In this document: piece by piece, positions 24,855-36,732 of the stretch
Numbering within the stretch: position 1 is the first letter of the stretch
How the letters are laid out: each line of letters begins with the position of its first letter
Assembly (NCBI RefSeq): GCF_006345805.1
Contig: NC_042998.1
Location: 1,488,001 to 1,552,000, forward strand
Length of the DNA stretch: 64,000 bases
Source: Octopus sinensis
Lineage: Eukaryota
Direction: 5' to 3'
Position numbers and translations under genes: made by a program
The notes under the pieces: model-generated
Database searches by the model: none
What the model was told of the DNA's origin: nothing
The model's input: the letters and a program-made list of their open reading frames with translations, nothing else

Positions 24855-25140
24855 GAAGGCACATGGCTCAGTGGTTAGAGCGTCGAGCTCACGTCGTGAG
24901 GTTATGAGCTCGAATCCTGGACCGGGCTGCGTGTTGTGTTCTTGAGCAAAACACTTTATTTCACGTTGTTCCAGCTGTATCGGCCTTTGTCTTTCCCTTG
25001 ATACAAGCACGGTGGCGTGGAGAGGGGAGGCCGGTATGCAGGGGCGCTGCTCTTCCCATAAATACCCTGTTCGGACTTGTGCCTCGGAGGAAACTTTCTA
25101 GGTACATCCCATGGTCAGTGTCGTGACCGAAGGGGGTCTC
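24855..25140 (+). mobile_element. SINE family D copy (tRNA-derived head)
   Basis: A-box-like tggctcagtgg and a degenerate B-box gagctcgaatcc. Matches 25520-25836 and 10075-10385. Confidence 0.85.
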
Positions 25141-25407
25141 AGAATGTAATAACATATATATATATATATATATATATACATTCATGTATATGCATACACA
25201 CACACTCACCCACACCACACACACATATATATACACACGTGTAAGCATATATATATATATATTATATATATATATATATGCCTACACGTGTGTGTGCATG
25301 GATACATGCGTACTCATGAAGGTATAAGCATATATAGATATTGACACACTGCATTTATTCATAAACACACCAATATAGTCACACAGATTCATACTTAGTT
25401 AAATGTG

Positions 25408-25492
25408 TATGCGCATGTGCCTGAGCATGCGCATGTGCCTGAGCATGCGCATGTGCCTGAGCATGCGCATGTGTCCTGAGCATGCGCATGTG
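25408..25492. repeat. 18-19-bp minisatellite (tgcgcatgtgcctgagca) x~4.5
   Basis: Units are directly visible. Confidence 0.9.
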
Positions 25493-25519
25493 TCCCTCCC
25501 ACCGCTTTACAACCGATTG

Positions 25520-25836
25520 TGGTTAGAGCGTCGAGCTTACGATCGTGAGGTTGTGAGTTCGAATCCTGGGCCGGGCTGCGCGTTGTGTTCTTGAGCAAGA
25601 CTCTTCATTTCACGTTGCTCCAGTTCACTCAGCTGTAGAAATGAATTGCGACGTCACTGGTGCCAAGCTGTATCGACCTTTGTCTTTCCCTTGGATAACA
25701 TCAGTGGTGTGGAGAGGGGAGGCTGGTATGCATGGGCGACTGCTGGTCTTCCATAAACAACCTTGCCCGGACTTGTGCCTCGGAGGGTAACTTTCTAGGT
25801 GCAATCCCAGGGTCAGTCATGACCGAAGGGGGTCTC
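25520..25836 (+). mobile_element. SINE family D copy fused to a family A internal fragment at its 5' end
   Basis: ccaccgctttacaaccga (family A) joined to ggttagagcgtcgagc (family D). Confidence 0.8.
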
Positions 25837-26519
25837 AGCATCTTTTAACTTTTAGTTGTTTCAATCATTCGACTGCGACCATGCTGGGGCATGTGTGTAC
25901 ATGTGTGTGTGTTTACGGATGTGCATGTGTGTGTGTGTGTGTGTGTGTGTTTGTGTGTGTTTGTGTGCTCTAGGATGCGTCGCCAGTAATCTTTCTGAGG
26001 TCAAGGAGCTTTCGATCCTTTCCAGATCAGACCACCTCACTCAGTTCTCCTAGCCAAGGGTTGATCAAGTTCACGCGAGCACCTGCGTGTGTTTGGTTTT
26101 GTACGTTTAGGTTTCCAGTTTTCTGTGACCAAGTAAATGTTTGCATATGTGTATATCTGTATGCATATATGTATGTGTCTATGTACATATGTATGGTATG
26201 TAGTGTGTATGTGCATGCGTGTTTGCATGTCTGTGTATATGGTTTGCATACATTTCGTGATCTGTGAGTGTGCGATTTTATAAGTATGAATCCTATGGTG
26301 ACGCAGTTTGGGCGTGCGTGAGCATATGTATGTGTGTGTCGGAGATTTTGCCTGTGAGGCTATTGTGTATTCATATGGGAATGTGTAATGTGTGTGCATA
26401 TGAACAAATGTGATTTGTGTATGTTTGTGTATATATATGTGTATTTGAGGGTATATGCGTATGTGTGTCTGTGTGCGAGTTTGCGTGTGTGCATGTATGA
26501 ATGTATGTATGTCATTGTT

Positions 26520-26615
26520 CAATGTTATTTCATGATTTCTTACTAAGAGAGAAGGAGCCGGTTTCCAACCTAAATCCAAGGCTCCTTCATTGGAATTTCA
26601 GCATCAACAACATGA
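26520..26615 (-). mobile_element. 3'-UTR remnant of an RLE-type LINE with a 9-bp hairpin (26551-26588)
   Basis: GAAGGAGCC...GGCTCCTTC; homologous to the UTR at ~30295-30345 next to an RLE-domain remnant. Confidence 0.55.
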
Positions 26616-26674
26616 TATTTTTTGTTTGTATATATATCTATATCTATCTATCTATATATATATATATATATATA

Positions 26675-26890
26675 TCGACGGACGTCTTTCAGTTTCCGTC
26701 CCCTAAATCCATTCACAAGGCTTTGGTCGGCCCGAGGCTATAGTAGAAGATACTTGCCCAAGGTGCCATGCAGTGGGACTGAACCCGGAACATGTGGTTA
26801 GGGAGAAAGCTTCTTACCGCACAGCCACAGCTGAAACCCTTCAAGGCAGTGCCCCAGCATGGCCGCGGTCTTGTGACTGAATCAAAATCT
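26675..26890. mobile_element. SINE family A head (minus, ~26675-26830) joined to a plus-strand family A tail end (~26835-26890)
   Basis: The orientation switch is visible in the sequence. Confidence 0.75.
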
Positions 26891-27849
26891 AAAATAAAAG
26901 ATACATACATACAGGCAGACATACACTCACACATACATACATACACACACACACATACATACATACAGACAGACAGACAGACATACAGACATGCAGACAT
27001 ACTTACATACACACATACACATATGTATGTATTATGCAGACGCTTGCACATGCGCACAAGCACACGTTCTGTCCTGCATACTTTGGTAGAATATGTATTT
27101 TTAACATTTCTGAAAATATCAAAACAGTTTGAAACGTATTCATACGTTTATAAAACGTTTGATGTTAAAACTCTGGCTGTAACCTCTGAGTGGTTGTATC
27201 GTTGCCAATTACGAGTGCATGGTGTTTGTATATCATTGTATGAGGTCAAATATGTGAGTGTGTATATATGGCTATGTGTATGTGTCTGTCTGTGTGTGTG
27301 TCTGTCTGTGTTTATGGTTTGACGATAACACAGCGCTGGTGTCAACGAGAGTACTTACACTTGCTGGTTCGACCTTTTAGAAATGGAAGACAAATCTCCC
27401 TCAAAATCACACCGCAGCTCTCTTCAATAACATTTCACAACGTTCGATATATATTGCTGTGTATCAATGAATTTTCGCTTTCGTTTTCAGAGATTGGCCG
27501 ATAACTTCCCTCTCGGATTTGTTTGCACATTTGTATCCAATATATTGTATTCATTTGTCCAGCGCTTCAAATAACACGGCAGATGAGCTAACAGGGTTGC
27601 CGATGCGAAGTAACTTGACCTGCTAGAAATAGCAACCAAATCTTCAAGTCACAAAGCGCAGGCATGACTGCGCGGTTAAGAAGCTAGCTTTAAAACAACG
27701 CAGTGTCGGACACTGAGCGGTACCGTGAACACGTGACTTCTACTATAGCCCCAGATCGATTATTGTTTTGTGAATGACTTATGAACGGAAACTGTGTGGA
27801 AGTGTGTGTGTATATGTATATATGTATGTATATATAATATAATTATATA

Positions 27850-27881
<32 letters not shown>

Positions 27882-29083
27882 CTATATGATATATATATTA
27901 AATGTGTGTGTGTGTGTGTATGTATTGTATGATGTATGTATGTATGTATGTTGTATGTATGTATGTATGTATGCATGCATATATATGAAGAGAGAAAGTG
28001 AGAGGATAGATAGATAGAAAGAAAGAAAAAAAGAAAGAAAACGGTGACAGCAAGGAGTAAGTTAGATAGATACAATTAGGCTGCATATATATAGATATAT
28101 ACATGGAGCACAAGAAATACCGAATTAAAATCAAACTATGCATATATGGAAATTATGTAATACCTAATCTGGACACCTGTCTCAGGAAGCCAAGAGGTAT
28201 GTAACAACCATAACTTGCAGGTGATTTATGCATGAAGTCATAGGTAAGCAACGAAGTTATTTACAATAAGTCTGCCGTCCCTTTGAAGAAAAGGTTAGCA
28301 AAGGTGAGAAGCTGGAATTTAAGTTCAAATTCATTCGAGCAGTCGCATGGGTTTCCTGTACTGGACTTTCTTAACTCTCACCTACAGACTCTATATGTAT
28401 ATATGTATGTGAATGTGTGTGTGTGTGTGTATACATACATATATATATATATATACACATATATACATATATGTGTATATGCATATGATTGTGAATGCAT
28501 GCGTGTGCGCCTTTGTGTTGTGTTTGCCTCTCTTTCGCCACATGATAACCGGTGTTGCTTTGTTTATGAACCCCGTCCCTTAGTGGTTCGGCAAATAAGA
28601 CTGATAAAATAAATACTGAAACCCTTCAAGGCGGTGCCCCAGCATGATCGTACCCAACCATCTTAGAATATAAATTTGAAAACAAAAACGGACACGTTGG
28701 AAAATGAGGGCATAGGTTCCTTGCATATAAGAATCAGGTGGGATGGTCATAACTGGAATGCCTTTCAACACAGGTAGGCTCGGCTTAAACTGACTGGACT
28801 AAACTGCAAAGATAATAACGACTGTAGACTCACTAAAAGTTTATTAGTGAGTCATTAAAGTAGAATTAACCAACGACAGTGTCTGGAAGAAGCTTTTTGA
28901 GAAATCTGTTAGAATTTTGGTTCGTTTTCTTAGAGATCGAGTAGACTTGGGGCTTCCTGCTGCGTTTTGGAAATAAAAAAATTATGCTTGAGTATTGCAA
29001 AGTATATCAAGTGCAAACGGAATTCGGAATTCACCGAAACTTGACATTTGTCTGGGTTACATTCCACTCGCCAAATTTCCTCT

Positions 29084-29128
<45 letters not shown>

Positions 29129-29793
29129 CAAATATATGTTTTTACAGATACATATTTACTCAAACAACGCACATACATACAACATATACATGCACTTTGT
29201 AATAAAACATACGTGCTCCACATGGTACATCATAAATAGCGTTAGTGGGGTATTTTTCACCAAAAGTACTCAACAAATATTTGTATCAATTATGAATTAC
29301 TTGGTACTACGATATAAGTTTATCTACAATAAATGGAAGAGCCGACGTCTGATACATGATCTAAGAAAATGTGCGTGACGTTCTTGTTTCGTAGAAATTC
29401 TTCCTCTACAGAAGAATATCTTTCATTAGAGATGTAAAAAAACAGATTTTCCCTGTAACTGGTAGTCACGTGGAATTGAATAGAAATTAACAAATGTGTC
29501 GCAAAAACAAATATTTTATACTCAACAGGGAGAAACTGGCTCCTGAGAAAAGAATTAGTCCAACGTGCTCAACATGGAGTTAAATTTTTAGGGGCATATA
29601 AGTCCTCCACGGAGCATTTCATACTTAGTCTTAGTAAAACATATTTCAACAAGAATGCTCAATAAATATTCGTGTAAATATACTTATTTGCTTGAGACTA
29701 TAACACACGTCTATAGAGAAAATAAATGAGCGGAAAATATGAACGTCTGACACACTTTATATTGAAAATATATATGCTTATATGAATGCATGT

Positions 29794-30025
29794 ATTCTTA
29801 TATTCTTTTATTCTTTTACTTGTTTCAGTCATTTGACTGCGGCCATGCTGGAGCACCGCTTTTAATTGAGCAACTCGACCCCGGGACTTATTCTTTGTAA
29901 GCCCAGTACTTATTCTATCGGTCTCTTTTGCCGAACCGCTAAGTGACGGGGACGTAAACACACCAGCATCGGTTGTCAAGCAATGCTAAGGGACAAACAC
30001 AGACATACAAAACACACACACACAC

Positions 30026-30089
<64 letters not shown>

Positions 30090-30254
30090 TACGACAGGCT
30101 TCTTTCAGTTTCCGCCTACCAAATTCACTCACAAGGCATTGGTCGGCCCGGGGCTATAGCAGAAGACACTTGCCCAAGATGCCACGCAGTGGGACTGAAC
30201 CCGGAACCATGTGGTTGGTAAGCAAGCTACTTACCACACAGCCACTCCTGCGCC
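29794..30254 (-). mobile_element. Full-length SINE family A with internal (TA)n/(TG)n microsatellite
   Basis: Complete head ggcgcaggagtggctgtgtggtaag... through to tail ...gactgaaacaagtaaaagaataaaagaata. Confidence 0.92.
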
Positions 30255-30259
30255 TATGT

Positions 30260-30600
30260 ATATTTTCTATTTTCAATCATTTGAATTCTTCCTGCAAAGG
30301 AGTTGGTTTCTAACAGAGATACAAAGCTCCATCGTCGGAATGTAGATAATAAAAACAAGGTCAGATTTTGAACATGAGCAAAGTCTTGCTTATTTTTACT
30401 GTTCCACTGCATCGTGCGTGAAACGAGTTGATTTCTTTATCTGGAAACCTTAACTTTTCCAGTTTGTCACTTTGGGATTTAGTAACAAAACCAAATGCAC
30501 CAATTATTATAGGTATAAAAGTGGATTTATAATCTGGATATAGAAACTGAAGGTTCCGAAGTAGTTGTCCCCTTTCTATTTTCCAAAGAGACATTCACGT
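30260..30600 (-). pseudogene. C-terminal restriction-like endonuclease remnant plus 3' UTR of an R4/Dong-like LINE
   Basis: ORF 30361..30594: QLLRNLQFLYPDYKSTFIPIIIGAFGFVTK...LEKLRF...GTVKISKTLL, matching the (V/I)PxIIGALG...GTxKI RLE tail. Confidence 0.7.
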
Positions 30601-31604
30601 CAATAGAGCAGTTACATATTTTCTTGTCTCTGCTAAACAACTATATCTGTCCTGTTATGTTTACACCTGATACAGGTGTTGATAGAAATGTTCCACCGGT
30701 ATTCCCTATGTTGGTGCTTGTTTATGCATTCAATAATAGCGGGATTGTCTTTTATAAGAGCGCTTTAAAGTGCATTTAAACGGCCAGTATAGTGGGTATT
30801 ACGGTTAGTAGTTGTAGTCAGAAAAGAGATATGCTGCTGATTTATCGCCGACAAACTACTCAGTAACAAAGTAATCAATGCTATTCCAGCGAAGATGGAA
30901 TTAGGAGTTCCCATACATTTTCGATCATCTTTTCAAAGGCGTTTTCTTTTATTCTTTCCTTTACTTGTTTTAGTCATTGAACTACGACCATGCTGGGGCA
31001 CTGCCTTCAAGGGTGGTTACTATAGTTAAGCATTGTATCGTAGGTCAAACTGGGTCGACTTGTAATGGACTGCATTACACTCTTGACTATCCTTTTATTT
31101 TTTAAAGCATGTTACCTGTCCTTCATCTTTCTGAAAACTTTGGGGTACGATTGCAAAATCCTTAGCTCCTATTTTTAGTAGATCGAGCATTCACGTAGTC
31201 TTTCAAGTTAGCTCATACTTTTATTGAGTTTTCTTTTAGAATGCAAACCACGGAAAAAGAGCTAAAGAAGTCAATTCCTTTGACAAGATACATAATTTCC
31301 AAAGTTTAAGGCATACTAGAATGCTGTGATGTATTCTGTTATTTTTCCAATAGTATTAGTCATTTATAATGTTTCCATTTTTCAAAATATTCTACTGGGT
31401 TCCATCGTCTTCTAAAACAATTTAGTTCTGTTGCCAAAGTAGAACATAAGCTAAAATAAATAAAAATTGATCGGTCATTATATCAGAGTTCACGTGTTAT
31501 TCTTATGAAATGCGCATGGTACTGTTAGCGGGGTTTTTTTCTGATGGCTGCTAGTAGAAGTGAAATTATAAATATGTTTGCGTGTGTGTGTGTATTTGTG
31601 TGTC

Positions 31605-31644
<40 letters not shown>

Positions 31645-32549
31645 TATATTATATTATATTATATTATAATATATTATATATATATATTATATTATATTAT
31701 ATTATATTATATATATATATTACATATATTACATTATATACTATATTAGAATATATTATAATATTACATTATATTATATACTTTATTTGTAGGTTAACAA
31801 GGCACCCAGTACTTTCATGTGAAGAGATTTTCACAATTGTTCATGCGTGTTACATGAAACCATTGGTCGCCTTGTTAATCCACAAATAAAGAATATTTAT
31901 ACCACCAATACAGTGCAGAGTACTCATTCTTAGTGTTCGGTATTACTGTATGCATATGTGTGTGTGTAAGCGCACGTGTGTCTGTGTCTGTGAGTGTGTC
32001 TGATGTGTGTATGTATGTATATGTGTGTGTGTATTGATATGTATATATGTATATTATATTGTATACATTATATTGTATAATAATATATTATTATATATTA
32101 TGTTATATTATATCATATTATATCGTATTATATCATGCTATATTATATATCATTTAAAGTATATTATATTAATGTTCATAACTTGTCACAAAAGTTTCTC
32201 TGAAAATGAAATTCCCTCTTGACATTTCTGAAATATAAAAAATTCATGTACAGCACAAATCGTGCCGAGTAGGCCTAAAGGCCAATTTATACATTTTTAT
32301 TTCTTGCCTCAATGTTTTAATTACATTTTCACAATAAATCTAATTACGTATTTAATTAAATTTCCCTTAATGTAGCAGCCTTATTAGATTACAATAGTTC
32401 ATACGACATTCATATATATATATTATATATATATATATATAGAATATATATATATATAATATATACATATATATATATACATACATATATATACACACAT
32501 ATATACATACATACATACTGCATACATGCATGCATACATCATATTATGT

Positions 32550-32878
32550 TCTTTTCTTCTATTCTTTCATTTTTTCAGTCATTTGACTGCGGCCATGCTG
32601 GTGCAACGCCTATAGTGGAGAAAATCGCCCCCAGGACTTATACTTTGTAAGCCTAGTACTTTATCTACCGAGCTCTTTTGCCGAACCGCTATGTTACAAG
32701 GACGTAAACACACCAACATCAGTTGCCAAGTGGTGTTGGGGACAGATATATATATGTGTATGTATAATATATATATATATATATATACGACGGGATTCTT
32801 TCAGTTTCCGTCTACCAAATCCACTCACAAGGCTTTGGTCGGCTCGAGGCTATAATAGAAGACACTTGCCCAAGGTGC
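32550..32878 (-). mobile_element. SINE family A copy truncated by the assembly gap
   Basis: Tail through head visible up to the N run. Confidence 0.85.
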
Positions 32879-32978
32879 NNNNNNNNNNNNNNNNNNNNNN
32901 NNNNNNNNNNNNNNNNNNNNNNNNNNNNNNNNNNNNNNNNNNNNNNNNNNNNNNNNNNNNNNNNNNNNNNNNNNNNNN
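32879..32978. other. Assembly gap (100 N)
   Basis: N run. Confidence 1.
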
Positions 32979-32984
32979 TGATGG

Positions 32985-33362
32985 TAAGGTATTGCATGGA
33001 AAACTAACGTCAGAATTGAGTTCTTAGGGTAACATTAAGCTTCACCATGAGTTTGGTGAAAATCGATTGCAAGTTGTGAAAACTACCATAGATAATGCGT
33101 TGCATAAAAAAGCTTAGATTCTCGAGTTGCGCCCCCTAGACAGTCTGTGGTTCATGTTTATGATTCTCGACCCCATGTCGAATTTATCAATTTTTTTCAG
33201 AACTGGGGGAACTTTTCAAAATTTTCGCTGCGTTAGTTTTGAATTATGACATTGGGCTATGTGTGTGTCAAGTTTCATCAGAATCGGTTGTGAAAGCCGT
33301 GGTCAGGGTGAGGGTACGAGAAACAGACACACAGAAGCACGCACGTTTATATATAGAGAGAT
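32985..33362 (+). mobile_element. Possible non-autonomous Helitron-like 3' portion
   Basis: caagtttcatcagaatcggt...acagacacacag...cgtttatatatagagagat resembles invertebrate Helitron 3' termini. No diagnostic CTAG or hairpin was confirmed. Confidence 0.4.
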
Positions 33363-33426
33363 ATATATATACATAACATATCTAAGTTATATATATATAT
33401 ATATTATATTATTATATATACATATG

Positions 33427-35100
33427 ATTGATTGATTGATTGATTGATTCTAGTTTCAGCTTATGAGCTGTGGCCATGCTGGGGCACCGCCATTTGGTGT
33501 TGCTACTTGGTTTCACTTCATGGAGGCTTTCTAGCAACTGCTATTTGGTGCATGAGAGAGTTCGATGCAGCTGCCCTCATCTGCCCCTCCTGCCGTGAAG
33601 TTGGTTCATCTGGGGACAGGAAGAGATCCAGCTTCATTTTAAAGACATCTGTATCCACCCCATGCAGGTCTCTCAGGTTCTTCGGGAGGATATTGAAGAG
33701 CTGTGGGCCTCGGAAGCCCAGGCTATCACAGAATCTTGTCCTACATCTTGATGGCAGGTTTGGAGTCCTAGGCACCACGCAGTGGCGCCCAGTTCTGGCA
33801 TTTGCGTAACTCTCGATACCAAAGTTCAGGACACTTCCCTCCAGGATCTTCCAGATGTATATTATGGCATATCTTTCCCGCCTACGCTCCGGGGAATATA
33901 ATTTTAATCTCTTGAGTCTTTCCCAGTAGCTTACATTCTGCATAGAGGCTATCTTCTTCGTGTAGCTTCGTTGGATCGCCTCAAGTTCTGTGATCAACTT
34001 GACACTGGATGGTGACCATAGCTGAGAGCAATAGTCAAGTGGCTTAGGACAAGTGTCTTCCAGAGGACCATCATGGTTTCTTGTTCTCTTGTTCTAAAGG
34101 TTCTAAGAATCCATCCAGCCAGCCGTCTACATTTCATTGTCAGTTTAGCAACATGTACATGAAAGGTCGCGTCATCACTCATGTGAATACCCAGGTCACG
34201 CACTGATTGTGCCTCTGGGATTGCAATCCCTCCGGGTCCAGTGTATTCATTGGGTATTGCATTCAGTTTTGCATGCTGATAGTATAAAGCTTGAAACTTT
34301 CCAGCATTGAACTGCATGCTATTCTTTTCAGCCCACTTGTATATTTCGTCCAGCTCACATTGCAGGTGTTTAGTGTCCTCAGGGTTCTGTATTGCCTGTG
34401 AAACTTTTGTATCATCTGCATAACTTGTGATCGTGGCTCTCTGCGTGGCTGAGGGCATGTCTGAGAGGGCCATTATGAACAGTAGTGGTCCCAGCACAGT
34501 GCCCTGCGGAACACCGCTCACTATTTGTGTGTTAATGGAGGTGGCCCCATTGGCTACTACCACCTGACTTCTATCCTTCAGAAAGTCATGAAGCCATTCT
34601 CCCAGTTTTCCAACTATGTTGAGATCACGCAGTTTGTGACATATCATTCCATGATCGACTTTATCAAAGGCCTTTGCAAAGTCGAGATATATCACTTCCA
34701 CATTTGAGTGGTTGAGCAGCCGTTTCAGAACCCAGTCATAGTGTTGTAGGAGCTGAGTTAAACAGCTTCTCCCTGGTCGGAAACCATGTTGGGTGTCGGG
34801 CAGCAAGTCATTCTCTTCAAGGAAGGTGATCAGCTTCCTTCTGACTATTCGTTCCATGACCTTGCTGATGTGTGAGGTCAGAGAGATAGGTCTATAGTTC
34901 TTGGCTTCCGCTCTGCTACCTCCTTTATGAATGGGGCATATTTTACCTTCCTTCAGTTTTCCTGGAAGTTTGCCAGCTGCAAGGAAGCTCTGAAAGAGGA
35001 ACTGCAGTGTTCTTGCTAGGACTCTCTTACATGCTTTTAGGAGGATTGCCGGGAATCCATCGGGGCCAGTAGCTGAGTCTGTTTTCATTTCATCTATAGC
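33427..35100 (-). mobile_element. 5'-truncated CR1-group LINE: RT domain (ORF 33994..35088, frameshifting into 33518..33997), short 3' UTR and (TCAA)n tail
   Basis: GPDG, NYRPISLTS, QHGFRPGRSC, YLDFAKAFDKVDH, SGVPQGTVLGPLLF, YADD and LERRRER-like motifs; tail (ATTG)n at 33426-33449. Confidence 0.95.
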
Positions 35101-35143
35101 ATTTCATCTATATATATATAAAATATTTTATAATTATATACAT

Positions 35144-36200
35144 CAGGGGTTCCCACCTATTTTCGCTGTGGACCACCAAAATAGGTATTTTTTTCCTGTG
35201 GACCACGTCAAATTTTAAATTTATTATAAAAGAACTGCTACTCATGAGTATTAGTATCATTTTCACTTTGCAATGAAAGTTCCTTTTTCGTTCTTGTAAG
35301 GGACATCACAGAGAACAACTGAGAACACCAATAACAAAACCAATTTTCAAATGCACAGGATTCTCAAGGACGCTTTATTTGATAGAATCGAATAGAAAAG
35401 GTTACTGAGTCGTGGAAAACACACCATTTTATTCGGAAAATAAGCTGTACAGTTAAAATATAACAATGTGAAGGGTAAATTCAAAGAATGTGATGAGTGA
35501 AGTTGGGACCAGTACAAAAGGTCGTGTAAACGTTTGAGGGAATATAACAAATTGAATTAACTTAAAAATGCCAGCGACAAGTCGTCAGGAAAAACGCCAA
35601 GAAACCTTCAGTGAGATCCTTGGCCTTGTGTTAAAAAAGGATTTTCTACACTGGATGCAAAACCATATTTGATATAATCTTCGTGATATCGTCTACAGAA
35701 CCTTTTTTCCAAGTCAGTGGACGGAGAATTAAGGGAACGTTTTTCCATATCACTGACAGAAAAATTTCTACAGATTACAATTAGACTATGACTTGCGTAA
35801 AAATGTACGTACCTGGAGAGATAATACAATATGTTGGGTAAGCTGTAAGAACTGCGGTTTCGTTGGTAATCCTCAATTCAAAAGTCAGGTAGAAAACACG
35901 ATCGCGTTGACCGGTCGAGAATACACAATTTTTGTGTATTTTTAATGGATCCGATTGTACGCGTTTGTACCTATCTGGTAGGCGTCCGTGTATAATTGGA
36001 TACCTAATCGTCCAATAGGCAATGAATGCACTCATATGTGCTCACGCATATGCGATGAGGCATGTTTCATTTGCACGACATGTGCATGTACGGAGCTCTG
36101 AGGGCCCGCACTCAACATGTTAACATTCTTTGATATCAATGCTAAGGGATCTTGTGAACAGTTATGCCCGAGGGACCTTAATGCCCTCAGTCCGCCTCTG
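35144..36200 (-). mobile_element. hAT (Buster/Charlie-type) non-autonomous remnant with an N-terminal transposase fragment
   Basis: CAGGGGTTCCCAC terminus at 35144. ORF 35608..35829 contains RRYHEDYIKYGF, the ZBED5/Buster-type RKY..YL..GF start. A second hAT-like end (CAGAGGCGGACTGAG, minus) lies at 36200. Confidence 0.6.
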
Positions 36201-36394
36201 TATATATATATATATATATATTAGCACTAAGCTTAAGGAAGCACAAGTAGTCAAACCCGTTTAGAAATAGAAGTTAAAATCCCAAATCCACCATTTGAGT
36301 TTACATTCGAATTTTACTCATATATATATATATAGAGAGAGAGAGAGTGAGAGAGAGAGAGAGAGAGAGAGATTGAGAGAGAGAGAGAGAGTTA

Positions 36395-36595
36395 TTCTTT
36401 TCTACTTATTTCAGTGATTTGACTGCAGCAATGCTAGACCACCGCCTTAAAGGATTTTCAGTTGAAGATATCGACCCCAGGACTTATTCTTTGGAAGCCT
36501 AGTATTTATTTTATCAGTCTCTCTTGCTGAACCGGTGGATAACGGGGACGTGAACACAGGAGTATCGTTTGGGTTGACAAACACACACACAAATA
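36395..36595 (-). mobile_element. SINE family A 3' half
   Basis: ttctacttatttcagtgatttgactgcagcaatgct...cgaccccaggacttattcttt..aagcctagta. Confidence 0.8.
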
Positions 36596-36732
36596 TATAT
36601 ACATGTATATATATGTATACACACACACATATATATGTATATATATATATATGAATATATATATATATATATATATATAATTATATATTATATATATATA
36701 TATACATATTATATATATATATATATATATAT

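Noticed and set aside
28827-28853. 10-bp-stem hairpin GACTCACTAA/TTAGTGAGTC
   Set aside because: Short and isolated, so plausible by chance in 64 kb; terminator logic does not apply to this genome.
31090-31116. 15-nt micro-exon candidate on the minus strand (and another at ~40456-40470 +)
   Set aside because: Such short AG...GT spans are expected by chance, and nothing else supports them.
32812-32997. ORF across the N run
   Set aside because: Artefact of the assembly gap inside a SINE.
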